This document shows positions 39,372-49,956 of a stretch of DNA of 64,000 nt, piece after piece (position 1 is the stretch's first letter; each line of letters starts with the position of its first letter). Under the pieces are notes generated by a model. That model had not been told where the DNA came from. It worked only from the letters and a program-made list of their open reading frames with translations, and searched no databases. Source of the DNA: a bacterium (GTDB taxonomy: Bacteria; UBA8248; JACPRG01; G963555815); the NCBI GenBank assembly GCA_965218795.1, contig OZ244653.1, positions 224,001-288,000 of the forward strand, written 5' to 3'. The translations under genes and the position numbers were made by a program.

Positions 39372-40306
39372 TTAGACGCCAACCGGCTTGAGGCGGCCCA
39401 TTTCCTCCAGGGCCTTGCGGAGGGCTTCGCAGTCCTTCTCGGGCGGCGGCAGGCAGGGGGACCGGACCAGGGCGTTGGGGATGCGTCCCAGAAGACGGGT
39501 GGCCTCTTTGTAGCGCTGGTGCATGTAGTAGAACGGGTCGGACGCGATGATCTTCGCCACCGGACGGATGCTTTCCGCGGCCTCCAGCACACGCGCCGTG
39601 TCCCCCGCCTTAGCCGCTTCGAACATCTCGACGATTTCCTCGGCAACGAAGTTGGGAAATCCTGTGACGCCCCCGTCGGCTCCAACGAGATTCAGAAGAT
39701 GGACCACCCGCCCGCTCGCCGGAAGGATGGCGACGTGCCGGTCCAATTGTCGAAGGGCCTCGCCGTCTCGCATGTAGCGGGGCACATCGGTGCCGTGCGC
39801 CATCTTGATGCCGACAATGTTCTCGTTCTCGCGGACGAGCTGCATCAGCGTCTCGTGCGTGTAGGAGTGCCGGGATCCCGTGTAGTACTGGAAGACGATC
39901 AGGGGCATATCCACGGCTGCGCAGATCTCCTTCCAAAAGGCGATGGCCACCTCCGGGCTGCGTGCCAGGCGTAAATCGGAGGCGGGCAGAGCATGATGGC
40001 TTCGGCTCCGGCATCCCCGGCCTGGTTGATCAGACCAATCGCCTCCGCCGCCCCGTAGGCCTCGACCATGGACATCACGGGGAGATTCCCCTTGACCTCG
40101 TCCCGGACCGTGCGGATCACGTGAACCCTTTCCTCCGGTGTCATCGCCGACCCTTCACCCGCGTGGGCGTTGCAGATGATGCCGGTGATCCCCTCCACGC
40201 TCAAGAAGTACCGCGTCAGCTCCCGGACGGCGTCCTCATCGATTTCGAGGTCGGGGGTGAAAGGCGTGACGGGGGTGACAATCACACCTGAGGGTTGAAA
40301 GGACAT
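39372..40306 (-). pseudogene. DHDPS-family aldolase/lyase, frameshifted near 39960
   Basis: 5' ORF (PVTPFT, NAHAGE, MLCPPP) and 3' ORF (IVFQYY, VGIKMA) overlap in different frames. Confidence 0.8.
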
Positions 40307-40648
40307 GTCGGCCTCCCTTTTTCACTCCGCTTGAATTCTCTCGCGGACAAGACCGCAGGCAGGTTCGCAATGGGCCGAAATCACGTCAACCAAGTTCATG
40401 TTTCAATGCTCTAGAGCCTGAAGGAACATACAGATTCAAGGGAAACCGTAGACTCGCGCTTTATCTGAATCACTGTTGATTGGCAACCCTATATTTGCTA
40501 ACCTGAATTTTACTAAAGACAATTGAATCTGGACGGAGCGGCCTCGCATCCGGGGACGGGTGGATCGATTTCTCGAGGTCTTATCGCCCCGGTGAGAAGT
40601 GGGTGGATTCGGAATTCCGATCCGGCCCCAATCGATGGGAGGGAATCG

Positions 40649-41740
40649 ATGGAAACCTCGGGAATTTCCACGGAATCGGAGAAAACCACCTGGGAGGGCC
40701 GGCTCGAGGATTACCCCCTGGAAAACTACCCGGATTACGTCCCCGGCAAGCCGCCCCGGACCGAAGTCCTCGAAGAATTCAGCTATCTGGATGAGCTTCC
40801 CAGAATCTGGGGGAAGCGGTGGGGAAGCCAGGGTATCGGCCGGCTTCGAGAAGTCGCTCTGGCGCGTCCCAGCGAGCACGAGACGAACCCACTCTGGGCC
40901 AAGGACCCTTCCTTCTTCCTCCTCCGCCACTCGTCAAAAGTGGATTTGGATCTGCTCTGCGCCCACCACGAAGCCTATGCCCAGACCTTGCGGGACTGCG
41001 GGGTCGAAGTTCACATGCTCGAGTTCGAGGATGTCATGGGGGCGTACGGCCCCATGCGCAAGCTGTTCATCGCCGGCGACATCCGCGTGGTTCGGGGCGG
41101 GGCGATCCAGTCCAGGTTCGGTCACGGCTCGTTCAAGCGCGGGATTGAGCGGGAGATGCAGCGGTTCCTGGCCCAAATCGGGTGCCCGATTGTCTACACG
41201 GTCTGCGGCAACGGCATTTTCGAAGCCGGGGAGCTCTACAACGTGGCGGAGGACGTCATGATGACCATGCTCTCCAACTCGGCCAACCGGGAGGGTCTGG
41301 AGCAGGTCCGGTTCGTCCTGGAGCGGTGCGGCGTGAAGGAGATGCACGTGGCCCACGCAACGACCCTCATGGACTCCTTCGAGTCGGGCGGCGAATTCCA
41401 TATCGACATGTTCTTCGGCGTCATCGACCTTCGGAAGGCCATCATCTTTCCCAACCAGCTCGATTACGAGACGTACAAATGGCTGCGCTCCAAACGGTTC
41501 GAGCTTATCGAGATACCGGCCGACGAGCAGAAGGCGTACGCCCCGGCCAACCTCGTTCTGGTGGAGCCGGGGAAGGTCATCATGCCCAAGGGCGCGGTCG
41601 AGACCATCCGGCGTGTGGAGCGGGCGGGCGTGGAGGTGATCCCCATTGAAACGGAGGGGATTCAGCACGGCGGGGTGAACGGGATCAGCTGCATCACCGG
41701 CCAGCTCCTTCGCGACCCGGGCCCCGGCCTGGAGGATTGA
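40649..41740 (+). CDS. amidinotransferase/arginine deiminase/DDAH-family enzyme
   Basis: GRLREVALARP, FEAGE, FHIDM, PAN, C-terminal GISCIT (catalytic Cys); GGGAGG RBS. Confidence 0.8.
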   Translation: METSGISTESEKTTWEGRLEDYPLENYPDYVPGKPPRTEVLEEFSYLDELPRIWGKRWGSQGIGRLREVALARPSEHETNPLWAKDPSFFLLRHSSKVDLDLLCAHHEAYAQTLRDCGVEVHMLEFEDVMGAYGPMRKLFIAGDIRVVRGGAIQSRFGHGSFKRGIEREMQRFLAQIGCPIVYTVCGNGIFEAGELYNVAEDVMMTMLSNSANREGLEQVRFVLERCGVKEMHVAHATTLMDSFESGGEFHIDMFFGVIDLRKAIIFPNQLDYETYKWLRSKRFELIEIPADEQKAYAPANLVLVEPGKVIMPKGAVETIRRVERAGVEVIPIETEGIQHGGVNGISCITGQLLRDPGPGLED

Positions 41741-41796
41741 TGGCGTACAGGCGTTATACGATCTGAATCCTGACAACCGGCTTCGAGGAGGGTGAC

Positions 41797-42483
41797 GTGT
41801 ACGACTGGAGTTTCAACGTCGTCTGGGAATTTCGAATAATCTACCTGCATGGCGCTCTCATCACCGTGGGGCTCAGCCTGTATTCGCTCGTCTTCTCGAT
41901 GGTCCTGGGCCTGTTCGTGGGGATCGCCAGACAGAGCAAACACAAAGCGCTTTCGTATCCCGCCTCCTGGTACGTGGAACTCCTGCGGGATACGCCTCTT
42001 CTGGTTCAGATCGTCTGGATTTTTTATTGCTTCCCGATTCTCACCGCCTACGTGACCCCGGGCGATGAGGGGATCAAGCTCACGGCTTTCTGGTCGTGCG
42101 TCCTGGCGATCTCGATCCAGATGTCGGCCTACGTGGCGGAGATCTTCCGGGCGGGGATCGTCTCCATCGGCAAAGGACAGGTGGACGCCGCCAAGGTGTT
42201 GGGGATGAGCTATGCTCACATCATGCGTCGAATCGTTCTGCCGCAGGCCTTTCGCCGCATGCTTCCGCCGCTGGTCAACAACTTCGCCGACATCCTGAAG
42301 CTCACCTCGCTGGCCTCCGTGATCGGGGTCTATGAGCTTCTGCACTCGGTCGACAACGTCATCATGAACAACTTTCGTCCCCTGGAGATGTATACTGTTT
42401 TGGCGCTCGTCTATTTCGTCTTGATCTTCCCCGTGGCCTTTGGGGCCCGGCGGGCGGAGGTCTACTTCGCCCGGAGGCTGTAA
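41797..42483 (+). CDS. polar amino-acid ABC transporter permease
   Basis: YVELLRDTPLLVQI, AYVAEIFRAG, LPQAFRRMLPP. Confidence 0.92.
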   Translation: MYDWSFNVVWEFRIIYLHGALITVGLSLYSLVFSMVLGLFVGIARQSKHKALSYPASWYVELLRDTPLLVQIVWIFYCFPILTAYVTPGDEGIKLTAFWSCVLAISIQMSAYVAEIFRAGIVSIGKGQVDAAKVLGMSYAHIMRRIVLPQAFRRMLPPLVNNFADILKLTSLASVIGVYELLHSVDNVIMNNFRPLEMYTVLALVYFVLIFPVAFGARRAEVYFARRL

Positions 42484-42486
42484 CCG

Positions 42487-43269
42487 ATGGCAGCGGGTGA
42501 ATCCGTCGTCCGGGTGGAGGGCCTTCACAAACAGTTCGGGACGCTCGAAGTCCTTCGCGGCGTCCATCTGAATGTGGCGCGGGGGGAGGTGCTCTGCATC
42601 ATCGGGCCTTCCGGCTCCGGGAAGAGCACCCTTCTTCGGTGCCTCGCCTACCTGGAGGAGGACTTCGGCGGGAGGATTTACCTGGAGGGTGACCTCCTCG
42701 GACGGGTCGAGCGGAACGGCCGCATGGAACGGGTCAAGGGGGCCGCTCTGCGGCGGGTTCAGGCCAAGGTCGGGATGGTCTTTCAGCAGTTCAATCTTTG
42801 GCCGCACCGGTCCGTCCTGGGAAACATCATTGAAAGCCTGGTGATCGTCAAGAGGCTCCCCCGGTCCGAGGCCGAGAAGATCGCCGATGAGCTGCTGGAG
42901 AAGGAGGGTCTGAGCGACAAGCGGGAGGAGTTTCCTTCCCGCCTGTCCGGCGGCCAGCAGCAGCGTGTGGCCATCGCCCGGGCCTTGGCCATGCGCCCGC
43001 AGATCATGCTCTTCGATGAGGTCACGTCGGCGCTGGACCCCGAACTGGTCAACGAGGTTCTCTACGTGATGAAACAACTGGCGGAAGAGGGAATGACCAT
43101 GCTGGTGGTGACCCATGAAATGGGATTCGCCTCCAAGGTGGCCGACCGGGTCGTTTTCATGGATGAGGGCGTTATCGTCGAAGAAGGGCCGCCGGAAAAG
43201 ATTCTGAGGAGTCCGAGCGAGCGGCGGACGCGGGAGTTCCTCTCGCTCGTCGCACACGAGGAATTCTGA
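42487..43269 (+). CDS. polar amino-acid ABC transporter ATP-binding protein
   Basis: [35 protein letters not shown]. Confidence 0.93.
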   Translation: MAAGESVVRVEGLHKQFGTLEVLRGVHLNVARGEVLCIIGPSGSGKSTLLRCLAYLEEDFGGRIYLEGDLLGRVERNGRMERVKGAALRRVQAKVGMVFQQFNLWPHRSVLGNIIESLVIVKRLPRSEAEKIADELLEKEGLSDKREEFPSRLSGGQQQRVAIARALAMRPQIMLFDEVTSALDPELVNEVLYVMKQLAEEGMTMLVVTHEMGFASKVADRVVFMDEGVIVEEGPPEKILRSPSERRTREFLSLVAHEEF

Positions 43270-43373
43270 TGGATTCGCAGGCCAGACTGTCCTCCTTTTC
43301 TCTTCGATGAGGGGGATGCAGTGCTGGGGGGAATATCCGGACGAGGGTCCGCAGTCAAAGAAGGAGGAAAGTC

Positions 43374-44215
43374 ATGACTTCGAAAGCAGGAAGGATCGGG
43401 CGAATGTTGACGGTTCTGACGGTCATCATCGCATTCGCGGCACTTGCGGCCGTACCGGTCGCCGCAAAGACCATGCAGGATATCGTCAAGGCCAAGGTAT
43501 TCAATATCGGGGTCGTGCCGTACGCCACCGACGTGATCAAGGACCCCAAGACCGGGGAGTACAAAGGGGTCTTTGTGGACGCCATGAAATTCATCTGCCA
43601 GACCATCAAGGTCAAGTGCGTATTCAAAGAGTTCGCCTGGGCCACGTTTATCGCAGGAATCCAGTCCCGGCAGATCGACCTCTCGATTGCCTCCACCTAT
43701 TCCAATCGATTGCCTCCACCTATTCCAAGATGACGCGGGCCCTGGTAGTCAACTTCAGCCGGCCAATCTACCTTCTGGGCTACAAGGCTGTGGCACGGAA
43801 AGGGGATATGAGGTTCAAACGACCGGAAGACCTGAACAACCCGGACATCACGATCGGCGTCACCCAGGGAACGGGTGAGATGGAATGGGTCAAGAAGGTC
43901 GCCCCCAAGGCCAAGCTGCGGGTGGTCAAGACCGAAGAAATGACCATGCTTCAGATTGTGACCAAGAAGGTGGATGTCTCCGTCGGCGACTCCATTGCCG
44001 CCAACCATGCCCTGGCCTCCCAGTCAGGGATTGAGCCGGTCCTGGGAGGAAGAATTTACAGCAAGAACATGGTCGCCTGGGCGGTCAACAAGCAGGACCC
44101 GGACATCCTGCTGATGTTCGTCAACACCGCGCTGAATCAGCTCATCGCGAGCGGCAAGCTCCTGGAACTGGCGAAAAAGTACAAGGCGCCGTGGATGAAC
44201 GACCTTGCCTTCTAG
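43374..44215 (+). pseudogene. amino-acid ABC substrate-binding protein, frameshifted by a 23-bp tandem duplication
   Basis: Signal peptide and SBP family 3 N-terminus in ORF 43374-43733, C-terminus in another frame; removing one copy of the repeat at 43683-43728 gives an 819-nt ORF (272 aa). Confidence 0.85.
43683..43728. repeat. perfect 2 x 23-bp tandem duplication
   Basis: TCGATTGCCTCCACCTATTCCAA at 43683-43705 and 43706-43728. Confidence 0.95.
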
Positions 44216-44473
44216 GTGGCAACTGCCGCTGCGATTTCGCGGCGGCCGACGTAGTCGCTCTGCCCGATCGTAGCAACGCGCACGATCACGCAATGAACGT
44301 TTTGGGGGGAGTCTGAGGAGAGACGCACTGTATCGGTTCTCGGCACTCGCGTGCCTGGCTATGAAGCCATCGGAAGACAATGCGCCACAGAGGCTCTGAT
44401 TCAGGGACTAATTCTCATCCGCGGAATGGCCGGCGCGCGAGTGCTCAACCTGTCCCCTCAGTTCAAAAGGCCC

Positions 44474-44866
44474 TCACTCCACATAGGCGATGGCCTCGAT
44501 CTCGACCAGCATCTCCGGCTCGGCCAGGACCGCCTGGACTGTTGTGCGGGCGGGCGGATTTTCGGGGAACGCCTTGCCGAACTCTTCGTTCATGGCCTGG
44601 AAGTGGCGGATGTCCGGGAGGTACACGTTGCACTTGAGAACGTCCGCCATCGTGGCGCCGCCCTCTGCCAGGACCGATTGGACGTTCCTCAACACCTGGG
44701 CGGTTTGGGCGCCGGGATCTCCCACGCCTACAAGATTGCTGTTTTCGTCCCAGGCCACCTGGCCCGAGGTGTAAACCATCCGTCCTCCCCGGGTACCGGG
44801 GGAGTAGGGGTATTCCGGTTTCGGCAGAAAACTCAGATTCGACGGGCAAAGGACATCCTTCGGCAT
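44474..44866 (-). CDS. RidA-family enamine/imine deaminase
   Basis: PYSPG, YTSGQV, PPARTTV, LVEIEAIA; AGGAG RBS. Confidence 0.88.
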   Translation of the reverse strand: MPKDVLCPSNLSFLPKPEYPYSPGTRGGRMVYTSGQVAWDENSNLVGVGDPGAQTAQVLRNVQSVLAEGGATMADVLKCNVYLPDIRHFQAMNEEFGKAFPENPPARTTVQAVLAEPEMLVEIEAIAYVE

Positions 44867-45133
44867 GTCCGGTCTCCTCTCTTGCGGTTCAGACGGAACG
44901 AGGGCGCCCTCCTGACGCGGCGGGCCTGGCAATGAATCTATCCCACGCGGCGCTGCGCTGTCGAGGATGACGGAAGGCGGGGGCGGTCGGTGCTATCTCC
45001 GCTTGAAGTCGATTGCAGGTGAGCGAGAAGGAACGGCCGCCGGACATTTGACACCCTCCCGCGCCTGCGGGAGAATCCGAATGGTTTCCTTCAGTCCTTG
45101 TTCCGATTCCACTTTTTCATGTTGAAGAGACCG

Positions 45134-46669
45134 ATGGACCGAATCCTCATCCGCGCAAATCGGGTGCTGACGCTGAGGGATCAGAATGATGTCCTGTCCA
45201 AGGGCGCGGTGATCGTCGCGGACGGCAGGATTGAGGCCGTTGGAGCCCATGAAGAGCTGTCCAAGCGAGGCCCCTTCGACGAAGAACTGGGATCCCTGAC
45301 GCGTGATATCGCAATGCCCGGATTGGTCAGCGCGCACCACCATTCGGGGAACGGTATCCGGGACGGTCTGGAAGACTTCCCGCTGGAGGTCTGGCTGCCC
45401 CTCGTTGTTGGAAGTTATCAGGCCGGGATAGACGAAGAGGAGACCTACCTGCGGGCCTTGTGGTCGGGCCTGGAGCTTCAGCGCAACGGCGTCACCACCG
45501 TGGTGGATTTTCATACCCCCAGTCCGTCTCTGCCCGGGTGGGGGATCCCGGCCTGCATCCAGGCTTATCTGGACGCGGGAATGCGCGTGTCGCTCGGCAT
45601 CTCAGTAGGCGATCAGAATCCTTTCGTCTATGGGGACCATAGGTCCTTTCTCGCGGCGTTGCCCAAGGCGCAACGGAAATGGGCGGAGGGATTCCTCGCC
45701 CCGGTGGATCCGGACGCATTCTTCCGCGTCTTCGATGAGATGTTCGGCGAATTCGACGGGAAGGAGGGTATCGTCCGGATTCTCCTGACTCCGCAGGGGA
45801 TTCAATGGTGCTCTGATGAGCTGTTGGGCCGGGTCAAGCGAAAGGCCGGGGAGGTCGGTACGGGAATTCAACTCCACGTCTACGAATCGCGGTATGAGAT
45901 GATGTACGGGCCCCGGGAGCTGGGGAAGAGCGGCATTCGGCACCTCGGGGACATTGGGTTCTTGGGGCCCGAAGTCAGTTTCGCGCACTGCATCTGGCCC
46001 TCAGAGGAGGACATCTCCCTGGTGGCGGATACGGCCACGGCGGTGGTCCATAACCCGAGCCAGAATTTAAAACTGGTGAACGGGATCGCGCCCGTCTCGG
46101 TCATGCGGGACAAGGGGGTGCGCTTTGGTATGGGGACGGACGGCTCCAGCCTCAACGACGACAACGACATCTGGACGGAGCTTCGTCTCGGCTGGTTTCT
46201 GGCGCGGCAGCCCTCCATCGACTGGCGGCCGATTCCCGCCCGGGAATGGATGAGCCGATGCATCCGGGAGGGCAACCAAATCGCCATGCAGCAGAACGTC
46301 GGCGGGCTGGAGGCGGGCCGGGCCGCGGATCTCGTTCTTCTGGACGGAGGGCGGATCTTCAAAGACCCGGTATCCAACCCGGATATCGATCCATGGGAGC
46401 TTTGCCTCCACCGCGCGCAGGGCGGACGCGATGTCCACACCGTGATTTCGGCGGGCCGGGTCGTGCGGAGGAAGGGGAAGAGCGTCCTGGTGGACGAGCG
46501 GGACATCGGCCGGAGGCTGGGCAAGGCGCTCAGGAAGAGATATGGTCGTTTGCGGAAGGACAAGAAGTTCATCGCTCCGGTGCTGGAAGAGATCCGGGGG
46601 CATTTCCGGTCGTGGGAAGACGAAACCGACGTGCCGGCGCCCCGTGTTTATCGATACAACCAGGTGTAG
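45134..46669 (+). CDS. amidohydrolase-family deaminase, paralog 1 (511 aa)
   Basis: MPGLVSAHHH, LHVYES, FAHC, GTDG, ADLVLL. Confidence 0.88.
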   Translation: MDRILIRANRVLTLRDQNDVLSKGAVIVADGRIEAVGAHEELSKRGPFDEELGSLTRDIAMPGLVSAHHHSGNGIRDGLEDFPLEVWLPLVVGSYQAGIDEEETYLRALWSGLELQRNGVTTVVDFHTPSPSLPGWGIPACIQAYLDAGMRVSLGISVGDQNPFVYGDHRSFLAALPKAQRKWAEGFLAPVDPDAFFRVFDEMFGEFDGKEGIVRILLTPQGIQWCSDELLGRVKRKAGEVGTGIQLHVYESRYEMMYGPRELGKSGIRHLGDIGFLGPEVSFAHCIWPSEEDISLVADTATAVVHNPSQNLKLVNGIAPVSVMRDKGVRFGMGTDGSSLNDDNDIWTELRLGWFLARQPSIDWRPIPAREWMSRCIREGNQIAMQQNVGGLEAGRAADLVLLDGGRIFKDPVSNPDIDPWELCLHRAQGGRDVHTVISAGRVVRRKGKSVLVDERDIGRRLGKALRKRYGRLRKDKKFIAPVLEEIRGHFRSWEDETDVPAPRVYRYNQV

Positions 46670-46733
46670 GTCCGGGACACGCGCCCGTTTTCATGCGTCT
46701 CATCCCCATTGATTTCCATCTTCGGAGGTATCC

Positions 46734-48269
46734 ATGAGCAGAATCCTGCTTCGAGGCAATCGCGTCCTGACGCTCCAGGAAGGTGACGACTGCATCCGTA
46801 ACGGCGCGGTCATCGTCTCCGACGGGAAGATTGAGGCGGTGGGGTCTCATGAGGAGTTGTCGAAAAACGGACCGTTCGATGAAGAGCTGGGTTCGCTGGA
46901 GGACGACGTCGTCATGCCGGGCCTCGTCAGCGCCCATCATCACGCGGGGAACAACGTCCGTGACGGTCTCGACGATCGGCCTCTGGAAACGTGGATCCCG
47001 CTGATTTTCGGCAGTTATCGGGTGGGTATGACGGAGGAGGAAACCTACCTGCGGAGCCTCTGGTCCGCTCTGGAGCTTCAGCGGTGCGGCGTGACCACCG
47101 TCGTGGACTTTCACGCGCCTTCGATGAACCTTCCCCGGTGGGGATTTGCGCCATGCGTACAGGCCTATCTGGACGCGGGCATTCGGGTATCCTTCGGGGT
47201 TTCCACCCGGGATCAGAACGCCTTTGTCTACGGCGACCACACCGACTTCCTGAACGGATTGCCGGAGGAGCAGAAGAAGTGGGCGGAAGGGTTCATGGGC
47301 CCTCCCGATCTGGACGAGTATTTCCGGGTCGTGGACGACATGTACGGCGAATTCAACGGGAAGGACGACATCGTCCGAATCTTCATCACCCCTTTGGGCG
47401 TCCAGTGGACCTCGGAAGAGCTGCTCAAACGTGCGAAGAAGAAAGCGGGCGAGTTGGAAACGGGCCTTCAGATTCACGTGGTCGAATCGCGCTATCAGAT
47501 GATGTACGGCCCGAAGCGGCTCGGGACGAGCACCATCGGCCACCTCAACGATATCGGATTCCTGGGGCCCGAGGTCAGCTTCGCCCACTGCATCTGGCCG
47601 TCGCGGGAAGACATTCGGATCCTGGTGGACACCGGCACGGCCATCACCCACAACCCGACGCAGAACGTCAAGCTCGCCAGCGGCATCGCCCCCATCTGGA
47701 CCATGCGGGAGATGGGCCTCCGCTTCGCGTTTGGGACGGACGGCTCCTCGTTCAACGATGACAACGATCTGTGGACGGAGTTGCGTCTGGGCTGGTTCCT
47801 CGCGCGGCCCCCGTCCATCGACTGGGAGAACATTCCGGCCAAGGAGTGGTTCACGCGGTGTATTCTGGAAGGCAACCGGATCGCCATGCACGATAACCTG
47901 GGCAGCCTGGAGCCGGGGAGGACCGCGGACATCACCATCCTGAACGGTAAGAGAATATTTGACGATCCGGCTTCTTATCCCGATTACGACCCGTGGACCC
48001 TGCTCCTCCACCGGACGCACGGCACCCGGGACATCCACACCGTCATGACCAAGGGCGAGGTCGTCGTTCGTGATGGAAAGAGCGTTCGCGTGGACACGGA
48101 AGACGTCGGCCGCAGGCTCGCGAAGCTCCTTGAATCCAGGCATGCCCGGCTCCAGAAGGACAGGCCCTTCTTCGATCCCATCATCAAGGGCATTCGCAGC
48201 TATTTCCATGAATGGGAAGTGGAGACCGAGGTCCCGGCTCCCGGGCTGTATCGCTATAACCGGATCTGA
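46734..48269 (+). CDS. amidohydrolase-family deaminase, paralog 2 (511 aa)
   Basis: MPGLVSAHHH, IHVVES, FAHC, GTDG. Confidence 0.9.
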   Translation: MSRILLRGNRVLTLQEGDDCIRNGAVIVSDGKIEAVGSHEELSKNGPFDEELGSLEDDVVMPGLVSAHHHAGNNVRDGLDDRPLETWIPLIFGSYRVGMTEEETYLRSLWSALELQRCGVTTVVDFHAPSMNLPRWGFAPCVQAYLDAGIRVSFGVSTRDQNAFVYGDHTDFLNGLPEEQKKWAEGFMGPPDLDEYFRVVDDMYGEFNGKDDIVRIFITPLGVQWTSEELLKRAKKKAGELETGLQIHVVESRYQMMYGPKRLGTSTIGHLNDIGFLGPEVSFAHCIWPSREDIRILVDTGTAITHNPTQNVKLASGIAPIWTMREMGLRFAFGTDGSSFNDDNDLWTELRLGWFLARPPSIDWENIPAKEWFTRCILEGNRIAMHDNLGSLEPGRTADITILNGKRIFDDPASYPDYDPWTLLLHRTHGTRDIHTVMTKGEVVVRDGKSVRVDTEDVGRRLAKLLESRHARLQKDRPFFDPIIKGIRSYFHEWEVETEVPAPGLYRYNRI

Positions 48270-48395
48270 CGGCGGCGGATGAAACCCGCCGCGCCTGTTT
48301 CCGGGATGGGGCCGAAATGATTTCCGGCCGGCCCCCGGAGAGAGGCCGAGCGCGTCCCGCGGTGAGACGGCATTCCCTTCTTTCGCGAGGTTTCC

Positions 48396-49931
48396 ATGAG
48401 CCGAATCCTCATCCGTGCCAATCGTGTCATGACCCTGCGGGACCAGGACGACGTCATCCGCCGGGGGGCCGTTATCGTGGAGGGGGGGAGGATCGAGGCG
48501 GTGGGCCCGTACCGGGAGTTGTCCGGGCGCGGTCCCTTCGATGAGGAGCTGGGCTCGCTCGCCCATGACATCGCCATGCCCGGACTGGTGAGCGCCCACC
48601 ACCACCCCGGGAACAACATCCGCGACGGACTCGAGGACAACCCCCTCGAACTCTGGTTGCCGGTCATCTTCGGAAGCTACCGCGTCGAGATGACCGAAGA
48701 AGAAAATTACCTCCGCAGCCTTTGGTCCGCCCTGGAGCTTCAGCGGAGCGGAGTGACCACGGTCGTCGATTTTCATCCGGCCAACTCATACCTTCCCCGC
48801 TGGGGGATCCCTCCGTGCATCCAGGCGCACTTGGATGCGGGAATGCGCGTGACCTTCGGGGTTTCCGTGCGCGACCAGAACTTCTACGTCTATGGGGATC
48901 ACACGTCCTTTCTTGACCGCCTGCCCAAGCGGCAGCGGGCGTGGGTGGAGGGATCGATGGCGCCCCCGGATCACGATGAGTACTTCCGCCTGTTCGACGG
49001 AATTTTCGGCGAATTCAACGGCCGGGACGACCGGGTGCAGATCTTCCTGATGCCCGCGGGACCCCAGACGGCCTCCGACCGGCTTCTCCGTCGCATCAAG
49101 GAGAAGGCGGCGGATGTCCGGACGGGAATCCAGCTTCACGTCGACGAATCCCGTTATCAGATGATGTCCGGTCCGAAGCTCTACGGCAAAACCCTCACGG
49201 GACATCTGGAGGAAATCGGTTTCCTGGGGCCTGAGGTCAGCTTCGCCCACTACGTCTGGCCCACAGAGGACGATATCCGGATCATGGCCGACACGGGTAC
49301 GGGCGTTTCTCACAATCCCACGCAGAATTTCAAGCTCTGGAGCGGTATCGCGCCCGTCTACCGGATGCGGCAGCAGGGCGTCCGGTTCGGAATTGGGACG
49401 GACGGATCCAGCTTCAACGACGACAACGATATCTGGACTGAGCTCCGCCTGGGGTGGTTCCTCGCCCGGCCCCCGTCCATCGATTCGGAAAAGATTCCAC
49501 CTCGGGAATGGATCGGCCGGTGCGTTCAGGAGGGCAACCGGATCGCCATGCAGGACAACCTGGGGAGCCTGGCCGAGGGGAAAACGGCGGACCTCATCCT
49601 CGTGGACGGAAGAAAGATATTCAAAGACCCGGATTCCCATCCCGACTCGGACCCCTGGCTCATCCTCCTGCACCGTGCGCAGGGAGTGCGCGACGTTCAC
49701 ACCGTCATGATCGGCGGGCGGGTCGTGAGGCGGAAGGGCAAAAGCGTCGTCGTGGACGAGGCGGATATCGGACGGCGCTTCAAGAAGACGTTGAAAAAGC
49801 GGTACCAGCGGCTTCGGAAGGACAAGCCCTTCTTTGCCCCGATTCTGGAGGCCGTTCAGGAAAACTTCCGGGAGTGGGAGGAGGATTCCAACGTCCCGCC
49901 TCCAAACATTCACCGCTACAATCAAGTCTGA
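48396..49931 (+). CDS. amidohydrolase-family deaminase, paralog 3 (511 aa)
   Basis: MPGLVSAHHH, LHVDES, FAHY, GTDG. Confidence 0.9.
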   Translation: MSRILIRANRVMTLRDQDDVIRRGAVIVEGGRIEAVGPYRELSGRGPFDEELGSLAHDIAMPGLVSAHHHPGNNIRDGLEDNPLELWLPVIFGSYRVEMTEEENYLRSLWSALELQRSGVTTVVDFHPANSYLPRWGIPPCIQAHLDAGMRVTFGVSVRDQNFYVYGDHTSFLDRLPKRQRAWVEGSMAPPDHDEYFRLFDGIFGEFNGRDDRVQIFLMPAGPQTASDRLLRRIKEKAADVRTGIQLHVDESRYQMMSGPKLYGKTLTGHLEEIGFLGPEVSFAHYVWPTEDDIRIMADTGTGVSHNPTQNFKLWSGIAPVYRMRQQGVRFGIGTDGSSFNDDNDIWTELRLGWFLARPPSIDSEKIPPREWIGRCVQEGNRIAMQDNLGSLAEGKTADLILVDGRKIFKDPDSHPDSDPWLILLHRAQGVRDVHTVMIGGRVVRRKGKSVVVDEADIGRRFKKTLKKRYQRLRKDKPFFAPILEAVQENFREWEEDSNVPPPNIHRYNQV

Positions 49932-49956
49932 GGGAATTCAGGAGGAGTCGGATCGA

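Noticed and set aside
40480-40499. TTGGCA...TTGCT as a sigma54 promoter
   Set aside because: GG-to-GC spacing is 13 nt rather than the required 10.
46569-48776. Long antisense ORFs (735 aa here; also 41662-43257, 31981-33279, 48786-49925, 55364-56653)
   Set aside because: They are shadows of well-supported genes on the opposite strand in high-GC DNA and carry no family motifs.
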